Translations under genes and position numbers: made by a program | Shown: positions 8,740 to 16,664 of the stretch, piece after piece | Numbering within the stretch: the first letter of the stretch is position 1 | Layout of the letters: every line of letters starts with the position of its first letter | Assembly (NCBI GenBank): GCA_964511565.1 | Contig: CAZEFP010000002.1 | Span: 1 to 32,793, forward strand | Direction of reading: 5' to 3' | Length of the DNA: 32,793 bases | From: an uncultured Planctomycetaceae bacterium | GTDB taxonomy: Bacteria > Planctomycetota > UBA1135 > GCA-002686595 | Notes under the pieces: model-generated | The model's database searches: none | What the model saw: only the letters and a program-made list of their open reading frames with translations | What the model was told of the DNA's origin: nothing

Positions 8740-10200
8740 TCAGGCTCCGGAGGTGGTCGAGGACTCGTCGGGATCTTCCGACTCCACGGGGTCCTCGCTC
8801 GGCTGCGGCTCCTCGCCGCCGCCCTCCTCGGGCGCCTCCTCCTCGGGCTCCTCTTCGGCCGGCTCCTCCTCGGGCGCGTCTGCGGGCGACTCCTCACCGG
8901 CGTCCATCCGCTCCGCCGGCGCGAGGGCCGACTCCGGGCGAGGCCGGATGTGCGCGAAGAACATCTCCGCCTCCTTGTCGTAGACGATCTCCCCGTCGAC
9001 GATCGCCCACTGGACGAAGGTCTGGTAGTGGAGCAGGTCGCCATCGGTGACGATCAGGTCGGCGTCCTTCCCGACCTCGATCGATCCGATCCGGTAGTCC
9101 ACACCGAGCACCCGGGCCGCCTCGATCGTGATCGACCGCAGGCCCGCGAGCTCCGGGAGACCCCCGCGGATCGCGAAGCCCGCCTCCACGGGGAGGTGCA
9201 GGAGGTCGGTGCCCACGATGCCGCCCAGCGAGATCCCGCGAGAGCCGGGGACGACCACCACGTTGACCCCGTGCTCGTAGAGGATCGCGGCGTTCTCGAT
9301 GCTCGAGCCGCCGTCACGGAGCAGGGACTCGTCCTTCGGCCGCCGGCTCCGGGGCGTCACGATCGCCGTGGCGCCCGCCCGGCCCAGCTCGTCCGCGACG
9401 GTCCAGCCCTCGCGGCACCCGCTGATGATGGGTCGGAACCCGAAGCGCTGCGCCAGCTGCGCGATCTCCAGGAGGTCCGTGCGATCTTCCGCGTTGAAGC
9501 GCGGCCTGACCTCACCGCGGAGGATCCTCAGCGACTTCTGGTCGACGCCCTTCTTGGAAGGCTCCTTGGCCTCCTTGTTGGACTTCTTCTCCTGCTCCCA
9601 GGCGCGGTAGGCGCGGATGTAGTCCGCCGCACCCTTCAGGTCCGCCTCCACCTTGAGCTGCCCCTGGGGGTTGCCGTTGGAGTAGCTGACCGACTCGAAG
9701 GCCGAGGTGTTCACCACGAGCCCGTCCACGTGCCCCCGCTTGAGCTTCGCCACCGTGTTGCCGTCCACGGCGGTGGTGATGCCCGCCGCGAGGGCGAGGG
9801 TCATGTTCTGGTTGTAGGGGTCGACGGAGTCATCGAGGCTGCCGCTGCTCCCGAAGAGTCCGAACGAGCCCACCGCGATCAGACCGGGATACACGCGCAT
9901 CCCCGAGACGTCCACGACCTCGGCGTCCTCAGGGACGTCCACGTCGTAGCCGAAGGCCGCGATCTTGCCATCCCGCACGAGGATGGTGGCGTCACGCAGG
10001 ACACCGCCCAGGCCGGTGTGGATCTCCCCGCCCGTGAGGGCGAGGACCTCTTCCTTGTCCTCCTCGGCCCCGGCCTCCTTGGCCGGCTCGTCGTCGAGGG
10101 GAGCACTCGCCAGCGCCGCGGGCGCCAGGAGCAAGGAGGCGGCCATGAGGAGCCGCACGGGCCGCGAGGAGCGGCGCTGCTGGTTGGATCGGAGGTGCAT
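8740..10200 (-). CDS. Exported amidohydrolase-like protein K (metal site lost; acidic C-terminal tail)
   Basis: ATG 10200 overlaps the upstream TGA. Signal peptide ...LLLAPAALASA. PGLIAVGS replaces DxHxH. GSIEVGKDADL is retained. Confidence 0.85.
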   Translation of the reverse strand: MHLRSNQQRRSSRPVRLLMAASLLLAPAALASAPLDDEPAKEAGAEEDKEEVLALTGGEIHTGLGGVLRDATILVRDGKIAAFGYDVDVPEDAEVVDVSGMRVYPGLIAVGSFGLFGSSGSLDDSVDPYNQNMTLALAAGITTAVDGNTVAKLKRGHVDGLVVNTSAFESVSYSNGNPQGQLKVEADLKGAADYIRAYRAWEQEKKSNKEAKEPSKKGVDQKSLRILRGEVRPRFNAEDRTDLLEIAQLAQRFGFRPIISGCREGWTVADELGRAGATAIVTPRSRRPKDESLLRDGGSSIENAAILYEHGVNVVVVPGSRGISLGGIVGTDLLHLPVEAGFAIRGGLPELAGLRSITIEAARVLGVDYRIGSIEVGKDADLIVTDGDLLHYQTFVQWAIVDGEIVYDKEAEMFFAHIRPRPESALAPAERMDAGEESPADAPEEEPAEEEPEEEAPEEGGGEEPQPSEDPVESEDPDESSTTSGA

Positions 10201-11423
10201 CACTGGTCCATGTCTCCGCTGACGAACTTGCCGTCGAGCATGACGGCGTCGAGCTTGGTGTCCGGCTGGAAGGGGTCGCCGGAGAAGATGAGGAGGTTGG
10301 CGCGCTTGCCCTCGGAGAGGGTCCCGAGCCGGTCGCCCAGCCCCATGAAGGCCGCGGGGTTGTGGGTGATCGCGCGGACGGCGGCCTTGCGGTCGAGGCC
10401 GGCGCCGATCATCACGCCGACGTCCTCGAGGAAGGACTCGAAGCCCGCCTTGGAGTCGGTCCGAGGCAGCAGGACGAGCTTGGCGCCCGCCCGCTCGAAC
10501 TCGGCCGGCAGGTTCCGCTGGCGCAGCGTGCCGGGCACGAGCGTGATCAGCGGCTCCATGAGGACGAAGCACCCGCGCTCTCCGACCTTGTCCGCGACGT
10601 GGAAGACGTCGATGTCCCGGGTCAGGGGGATGCGGAGGTGCCACTCGAACTCCTCGTCGCCGATGGCGTCCACGAGGTGGGCGTAGCTGGCGGCGTTACG
10701 GATGGAGACCAGCGCCCGGAGCTTGCCCTCGCGCAGGTCGAAGAACGGCTGCACCCGGGGGTCGGCCGGGGGCGGGGTGAAGGTCTCCTTCGACTTCGAC
10801 GAGGACTTCTTCTTGTCACTCTTCGCCTTCGCCTGGGCCTTCTCGAACTTCTCACGCTCCTTCTCGACCTTCGCGAGGTGATCGTCCGCCTTCTTGAAGC
10901 CGTCGCGCAGGTTGCGCTTCGCGCTGCTGCTGTTGCGCATGACCACCTTCAGGTAGACCCCGTCCTCGACGATCATCTCCTCCGCGGAGTCGCCCTCGGG
11001 ACGGACCGCCACGGCCTGGCCGGGGATGCCCTGGCCCGCGGGGTACTGCCCCACCGTGGTGACCCCGTTCTCGAGGAACGCCTTGTAAGCCCCCGAGGGG
11101 TAGAGCTCGGCCGAGGCCATGACCTGCGGGCGCGAGTCGTTGTAGCCGCCCCCCGACATGCCGTAGCGCGAGTAGGGGTTCACGAGGCCAGGCATGACGA
11201 CCTGTCCCTCCTCGAGCTCGACCACGGGGATGCCGCGCTCGATCGGGAGGTCCTGGCCCATGGTGACGATCTCGCCGTCTTCGACGAGGATCACGGCGTG
11301 CTCCATCACCTCCCCGTCGCCGAGCTCGACGCGGGGGGCCTTGATCACGAATAGATCTCCTTGGACCGGCGCAGCGGGAGCCGCGGCGATCGGGCCGAGG
11401 AGGAGGAGGGGTGAGAGGATCAT
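10200..11423 (-). CDS. Exported amidohydrolase-like protein J (metal site lost)
   Basis: Start MILSPLLLLG (signal-like). PGLVNPYSR replaces HxH. GVTT and GTLSEGKRANL are retained. K/S-rich insert. Confidence 0.85.
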   Translation of the reverse strand: MILSPLLLLGPIAAAPAAPVQGDLFVIKAPRVELGDGEVMEHAVILVEDGEIVTMGQDLPIERGIPVVELEEGQVVMPGLVNPYSRYGMSGGGYNDSRPQVMASAELYPSGAYKAFLENGVTTVGQYPAGQGIPGQAVAVRPEGDSAEEMIVEDGVYLKVVMRNSSSAKRNLRDGFKKADDHLAKVEKEREKFEKAQAKAKSDKKKSSSKSKETFTPPPADPRVQPFFDLREGKLRALVSIRNAASYAHLVDAIGDEEFEWHLRIPLTRDIDVFHVADKVGERGCFVLMEPLITLVPGTLRQRNLPAEFERAGAKLVLLPRTDSKAGFESFLEDVGVMIGAGLDRKAAVRAITHNPAAFMGLGDRLGTLSEGKRANLLIFSGDPFQPDTKLDAVMLDGKFVSGDMDQ

Positions 11424-11438
11424 GTGAGGTAGGTCCTG

Positions 11439-11468
11439 CGGGACGCGCGACACTGCGCCGGCGTCCCG
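11439..11468 (-). other. Intra-operon stem-loop (cgggacgc...gcgtcccg)
   Basis: 8-bp inverted repeat in the 55-nt gap between genes I and J. Confidence 0.45.
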
Positions 11469-11478
11469 AGGTGTTCTG

Positions 11479-12678
11479 CTAGAAGAGCTGACCGTCGCGG
11501 TCTCGGTCGTACTCGAGGTCCCCGTCGATGTAGACGGAGCACACGGAGGAGCGGGGATCGAGCGGGTCACCGTCCCAGAGGACGACGTCCGCATCCTTGC
11601 CGGCCTCGAGGCTTCCGACTCGATGGGCAAGGTTGAAGGAGAGGGCGGGGTGGATCGTGATGGCGCGCAGCATCTGGTACGGATCAGCGCCGTAGCGCGC
11701 GCTCATGGCGCCCTGGAGGAAGAAGTACTCCTCCGCGATCACCCCAGAGTCCGTGTTGAGGGAGAACAGCGGGACCCCGGCGTTCACGAACTCCGACGCG
11801 GTCCCCACCAGCCGCCCCTCCCGGCTCGAGTAGTAGTCCATCGTACGCGGACCGTGGTTGACCGGAATGTCGAGGGCGGCGAGCGCCGGGGCCACCTTCC
11901 AGCCGTCGAAGCTGCCGTGGGAGATGACCGCCACGGCGCCGTACTTCACCTTCCACATGCGCGCGGTGTTCACGACGCCTTCGCTGCCCGCGGTGTGGAT
12001 CAGCACAGGGAGGTCCCCGGAGACCACCCTGGAGAGGTTCTCCAGCGCCGGGTCGCGCCGGCCCTGCCGGTAGGCGCCCAGGGCGCGGTCCGCCACGTCC
12101 CGCAGGTTCCACTCCATGCCGGCGCGCGTGACGCCGACGTCGGTCGAGTTGCGGCGCTGGGGGTTGGAGTCCTGGGCGACCTTGAGGCCGCCGGGGTCGC
12201 GCACCACGCTGGCCTGGAAGCCGCCGGTGGAGCGCGACTTGTAGACGACGCCGAAGCCGCCCATGTTGGACCCGCTGCCGGGGATCCCGAAGAGCGTGGT
12301 GACGCCGCCGGCGCGCCCGACCTCGATCACCCCGTTGCCCGGGCGATAGGACGGGGCGGCTCGAAGCTCGGGGTTCACGGCGTGGACCGTGTCGTTGATG
12401 TCCCCGAAGCCGCCGCTGTGGATGTGCGTGTGCAGGTCCACGAAGCCCGGGACCGCCCAGGCGTCGAGCGCCAAAACCGGCTCAGGAGCTCCCTCGAGGG
12501 GCTCGATCGGACCGGCGTAGGTGACCTTGCCGTCCTCGAGCACGACCATGCCTGGGGCGTGGATCTCGTCCGCGGCGTTCATGGTGAGCACCTTGCCCAC
12601 GTGCAGCACGACGGTGTCCGGCGCCGCGGCCGCGGGGGCCAGCGCCGACGAGAGCACGAGAGCGATGGGTTGCAGCAT
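11479..12678 (-). CDS. Exported metal-dependent amidohydrolase I (catalytic site intact)
   Basis: ATG overlaps the upstream TGA (alternative start 12684). Signal peptide. DLHTH, GLKVAQDSNP, LIHTA, ISHG, NTDSG, GSLEAGKDADV. Confidence 0.9.
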   Translation of the reverse strand: MLQPIALVLSSALAPAAAAPDTVVLHVGKVLTMNAADEIHAPGMVVLEDGKVTYAGPIEPLEGAPEPVLALDAWAVPGFVDLHTHIHSGGFGDINDTVHAVNPELRAAPSYRPGNGVIEVGRAGGVTTLFGIPGSGSNMGGFGVVYKSRSTGGFQASVVRDPGGLKVAQDSNPQRRNSTDVGVTRAGMEWNLRDVADRALGAYRQGRRDPALENLSRVVSGDLPVLIHTAGSEGVVNTARMWKVKYGAVAVISHGSFDGWKVAPALAALDIPVNHGPRTMDYYSSREGRLVGTASEFVNAGVPLFSLNTDSGVIAEEYFFLQGAMSARYGADPYQMLRAITIHPALSFNLAHRVGSLEAGKDADVVLWDGDPLDPRSSVCSVYIDGDLEYDRDRDGQLF

Positions 12679-13958
12679 CACCATGCCCGCCCCCCCAGCT
12701 CCGCGTCGTAGACCTTCTCGCCGTTGACCCAGACCGCGTCGAAGCGGGTGCGCGGGTCGATCGGGTCGCCGTTGCACACGAGGACATCCGCGTGCTTGCC
12801 CGCCTCGAGGCTTCCCACCCGATCGGCGATGCCCGAGGTGCGCGCGGGGATGATCGTCACGCCGCGCAGGCCCTGGGCGCGGTCGTTGCGGAGGCCGTAC
12901 CGGACGCCCATGGCGGCCTGGGTGGTGAGCTCCTCCTGGGGGACCACCGGCGCGTCGGTGTTGAAGCCGATGTCCACCATGCCCTGCTCCTGGAAGCCCC
13001 ACGCGGTCCCCTCGATGCGGCCGTCGGTGTCGAACCGCGGGGGCCTGGGGACCATGATCTCGCGGGGCCCGAGGATCGCCCCGACCCCGAACTCCTTGGC
13101 CAGCGGCGTCGTGAGGTAGCTGTCGAAGGACCCGTGATCGATGTAGGTCGGCAGGCCGAAGTCCCGCGCCAGCATCGTGATGGTCATCAGCACCAGCTGG
13201 TAGTACTGGGTGTGGGTGGAGACCTGGGTGTCCCCCGCGTACAGGAAGCGGAAGATGTCCAGCTCCAGCTCCCGCTCGGGCTTGGCGCCCTCCCCCTCCA
13301 GGTAGGCATCCCACGCCTTCGCGTAGGCCTTGCCGCGGCGGAGCCTGAAGCGCAGCCCGTAGTTCATGAGGATGCGGCCCATGCCGTACCCCCACCGGGT
13401 CGGGTTGTCGCCCTGGGCGATCTTCAGCGAGCCAGGGTCACGCAGGAGCGCCTCCTCATAGCCGTCGATCCCGAGCTTCATGAGGACGCCGGTGCCCCCC
13501 ATGTTCGTGCCCGAGCCCGGGATGAAGAGGATCGTGGTGACCCCCGCAGCAAGGGGCTTCTCGAGGGCCGAGTTGTTGGGGATGACCGCGGGTGACACGC
13601 GCAGCTCGGAGTTGAGCTGGAACACCATGTCGTTGATGTCGCCGCGCGACCCGCCCACGTGGCTGTGCAGGTCCACGAAGCCCGGGGCCAGCCAGCGGTC
13701 GCCGTAGTCGATCACCTCGGCGCCCTCAGGGATCTCGACCGAGCCCTCGGGCCCGATGGCCTCGATGTTGCCGTCGCGCATGACGACGACCGGATCGAGG
13801 ATGAAGCCCGGGCCCTCGTACTCGCAGGTCAGCGCCTTCGCCGCGCGCAGCACGACGGCCTCTCCCTGGACAGCCGGAGCGGCGGTCCAGAGCAGGGCGC
13901 AGGTGCTGGCGACGAGGGAGATCATGGCGCTTCGAACGCGGCGCAGGGCCGCGGCCAC
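12678..13958 (-). CDS. Exported metal-dependent amidohydrolase H (catalytic site intact)
   Basis: Alternative start ATG 13925. Signal peptide. DLHSH, SLKIAQGDNP, STHTQ, IDHG, NTDAP. Confidence 0.9.
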   Translation of the reverse strand: MAAALRRVRSAMISLVASTCALLWTAAPAVQGEAVVLRAAKALTCEYEGPGFILDPVVVMRDGNIEAIGPEGSVEIPEGAEVIDYGDRWLAPGFVDLHSHVGGSRGDINDMVFQLNSELRVSPAVIPNNSALEKPLAAGVTTILFIPGSGTNMGGTGVLMKLGIDGYEEALLRDPGSLKIAQGDNPTRWGYGMGRILMNYGLRFRLRRGKAYAKAWDAYLEGEGAKPERELELDIFRFLYAGDTQVSTHTQYYQLVLMTITMLARDFGLPTYIDHGSFDSYLTTPLAKEFGVGAILGPREIMVPRPPRFDTDGRIEGTAWGFQEQGMVDIGFNTDAPVVPQEELTTQAAMGVRYGLRNDRAQGLRGVTIIPARTSGIADRVGSLEAGKHADVLVCNGDPIDPRTRFDAVWVNGEKVYDAELGGRAW

Positions 13959-13959
13959 C

Positions 13960-15312
13960 TCACCAGAGGCGGGGCTCCTCCTTGGTGTCGTAGACGGTCT
14001 CCCCGCTCTGCCAGACGTGCTTCACGTAGCTGCGGGGGTCGGCGGGGTCGCCGGTGATGACGATGAGGTCAGCGATCTTCCCCACCTCGATGCTGCCGAT
14101 GGCGTCGCCCAGCCCGCAGGCCATGGCCGGGACGATGGTCAGGCCCCTGACGGCGTCCATGTTCTTGTTGTCGAAGCCGTACCGCACGCCCATGGCGGCC
14201 TGGAGCTGCAGCTCCTCCTGGGGGATCACGGGCGAGTCGGTGTTGAAGCCCAGGCGGGTCGTGCCCATCTGCTGATAGCCCGCCACGCAGCCCTGGATCC
14301 GCTCGGGGTTGGACCCTGACCAGTTGATGAAGCCACGGGTCGGCACGTCGATCCCTCGGGGGCCGATGATCGCGAACATCTCGCGCTTCTCGACCTCGGC
14401 GCCGAGGCGCCAGGTGTCGAAGGTGCCGTGGTCGATGAAGACCGGGATGCCGAGCTCGTCGTGCACCATGGTCAGCGTCATCAGCGCCACCTGGTAGATC
14501 TGCGTGTGGGTGGAGACCTGGCACTCGTTCTTCCGCAGGGAGCGGAAGATCTCGAACTGGGGGTTGATGGTGGGCTTGGCCCCGCCGTCCTTCTCGTACG
14601 CCTCCCACTGCTTCGCGTAGGCGATCCCGCGCTTGAAGGTGTTGCGCGTGTGCCAGTTCATGAAGGAGCGGTTCGGACGCAGCATCCAGCGCTCCGGGTT
14701 GCCGGCCTGCGCCAGCTTCATGGAGCCCGGGTCACGGATCATGGCTCGCTCGTACTCGTCGAAGCCGGTGCGCAGGAGCACCCCTTGCCCGCCGATGTTG
14801 GTGCCCGAGCCCGGGATGTAGAGGACCGTGGTAACCCCGGCCGCGAGGCCCACTCGCAGCAACGGGTTCCCAGCGATGACGTCGCTCGAGGCGCGCACGC
14901 CGGGGTTGGTCAGGTACACCGTGTCGTTGAGGCCGAAGGCTCCCGCCACGTGGCAGTGCATCTCGACCAGACCCGGCATGACCCAGTCGTCGCCCGCGTC
15001 ATAGACCGAGTAACCCTCCGGGACCTCGACCTCGGCCGCCGGGCCGACGGCCTCGATGCGGCCGTCCTTGACGAGGACGATGCCGTTGTTCACCACCGAG
15101 CGACCCTGCCACTCGGCGGTCAGGATCTTCGACGACTTGATCGCGAGCCCTGGGCCTCCTTCAGCCCCGGGCTTGGCGATTGCCGGCGGCGTGGCCGGAG
15201 CGGGCGCGACCCCGAGGGGGTCATTGCCGCCCGCCAGCGCGGTGGCCACGGAGAGCGCGGCGCATGCGGCGCCGGCAAGGAGGGTTCGCAGGGTGCTGGT
15301 TCGTTCAGACAT
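13960..15312 (-). CDS. Exported metal-dependent amidohydrolase G (catalytic site intact)
   Basis: Signal peptide ...SVATALA. EMHCH, SMKLAQAGNP, STHTQ, IDHG, NTDSP. Confidence 0.9.
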   Translation of the reverse strand: MSERTSTLRTLLAGAACAALSVATALAGGNDPLGVAPAPATPPAIAKPGAEGGPGLAIKSSKILTAEWQGRSVVNNGIVLVKDGRIEAVGPAAEVEVPEGYSVYDAGDDWVMPGLVEMHCHVAGAFGLNDTVYLTNPGVRASSDVIAGNPLLRVGLAAGVTTVLYIPGSGTNIGGQGVLLRTGFDEYERAMIRDPGSMKLAQAGNPERWMLRPNRSFMNWHTRNTFKRGIAYAKQWEAYEKDGGAKPTINPQFEIFRSLRKNECQVSTHTQIYQVALMTLTMVHDELGIPVFIDHGTFDTWRLGAEVEKREMFAIIGPRGIDVPTRGFINWSGSNPERIQGCVAGYQQMGTTRLGFNTDSPVIPQEELQLQAAMGVRYGFDNKNMDAVRGLTIVPAMACGLGDAIGSIEVGKIADLIVITGDPADPRSYVKHVWQSGETVYDTKEEPRLW

Positions 15313-15321
15313 GGTGTTCTC

Positions 15322-16659
15322 TCAGAAGCGCCGCTCCACCTCGGCGTCGTAGACCCTCTCCCCCTCCTGGAAGGTGAGGTGGACCTGCGTCCGGGGGTCC
15401 GTGGGGTCACCGGAGGTGACGATGAAGTCCGCGTCCTTGCCGGGCTCGAGGCTCCCGAGGCGGTCGTGGATGCCCGCCGCGAAGGCGGGGATGATGGTCA
15501 GGCCGCGGACGTGATCGACCGCGTCGTTCTTGAAGCCGTAGCGCACCGCCATGGACGCCTGCAGGGGGAGCGCCTCCTGGCCGATGACCGGAGCGTCGGT
15601 GTTGAACCCGATCAGGGTACAGCCGCCCTCCTGGTACTTGGCCGCCATGCCGAAGATGGCGCCGTCGTTGTCGTTGACGATGAACATCCCGGGCCGGTAC
15701 TCGATGTTGATGCTCGCGCTGATCTGGCGCGGGCCGAGGATCGCGGGGACGCCGGCCTTGGCGGCGAAGGGCGCCGCGCGCCAGCCGTCGAAGGAGCCGT
15801 GGTCAATGTAGACGTCGAGCCCCAGGTCCTCCTTGATCATCTGCACCGTGCGCAGGACGACCTGGTAGATCTGCGTGTGGGCCGACAGCTGGGTCTGCTT
15901 GGAGTACAGGTCCCGGAAGACCTCCCACATGGGGTCCACCTTCGGACGCGGCCCGTCGCCGTTGCTGAAGGCCTCCCAGCGCTTGGCGTAGGCGATGCCC
16001 CGCTCGATCGTGTTGCGGGTGTTCCAGTTCATGAAGGAGCGCCCGACCCCGGAGAGGTAGCTCTCCGGGTTCCCCGCCTGGGCCAGCTTCAGCGAGCCCG
16101 GGTTGCGGATCTCCATCCGCTCGTAGTTGTCGAAGCCCGTCTTGAGGAGGACCCCGTGCCCGCCGATGTTGGTGCCCGACCCGGGGATGTAGAGCACGCT
16201 CGTCACGCCCGCGGCCTTGCCCACCACGAAGTCCGAGTTCCCCGGCACCACCGACGTGAACGCCCGGATGCCCGGGTTGGTCAGGTAGACCATGTCGTTC
16301 AGGTCGTTCGTGAAGAAGCTCCGGCCCGCGACGTGGCTGTGGAGGTCGATCAGGCCGGGGGAGACCCAGTCCCCCGAGCGGTCGAGCACCTCATGCGTCT
16401 CGCCGAGCGCCTCGAGGTCCACCTCGCTCCGCGGCGCGACCCGGACGATCTTGCCGCCCTCGACGATGACGGCGGCGTTGTCGATGACCTGCTGCCCCTC
16501 CATGGGCAGCACGAGCGCCTTGCCACAGAGCACCACCAGCCCCCGCTCGGCGCCCGCGGACCCGCTGTCCCCGACATCAGCCCCGAAGGAGGCCGACGCC
16601 ATGGAGGCGACAGTGAGCCACGCGCAGGCGGCGGTGCGGGCGAGGGAGGTGGCGCGCAT
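15322..16659 (-). CDS. Exported metal-dependent amidohydrolase F (catalytic site intact)
   Basis: Signal peptide ...VASMASA. DLHSH, SLKLAQAGNP, SAHTQ, IDHG, NTDAP. Confidence 0.9.
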   Translation of the reverse strand: MRATSLARTAACAWLTVASMASASFGADVGDSGSAGAERGLVVLCGKALVLPMEGQQVIDNAAVIVEGGKIVRVAPRSEVDLEALGETHEVLDRSGDWVSPGLIDLHSHVAGRSFFTNDLNDMVYLTNPGIRAFTSVVPGNSDFVVGKAAGVTSVLYIPGSGTNIGGHGVLLKTGFDNYERMEIRNPGSLKLAQAGNPESYLSGVGRSFMNWNTRNTIERGIAYAKRWEAFSNGDGPRPKVDPMWEVFRDLYSKQTQLSAHTQIYQVVLRTVQMIKEDLGLDVYIDHGSFDGWRAAPFAAKAGVPAILGPRQISASINIEYRPGMFIVNDNDGAIFGMAAKYQEGGCTLIGFNTDAPVIGQEALPLQASMAVRYGFKNDAVDHVRGLTIIPAFAAGIHDRLGSLEPGKDADFIVTSGDPTDPRTQVHLTFQEGERVYDAEVERRF

Positions 16660-16664
16660 GGAGA

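Noticed and set aside
10201-13395. Long N-terminal extensions in the ORF track (e.g. 8740..10644, 11479..13395, 21119..22528, 23433..25151, 26636..27793, 614..1930)
   Set aside because: The extensions are mostly Arg/Pro/Gly-rich off-frame read-through of neighbouring genes or intergenic DNA. Internal starts give signal peptides and/or stop-start overlaps.
14786-16194. Near-identical ~23-nt DNA segments (tgcccgccgatgttggtgcccga) in genes F and G
   Set aside because: They encode the conserved SGTNIGG motif of paralogs. Not a CRISPR or mobile repeat.
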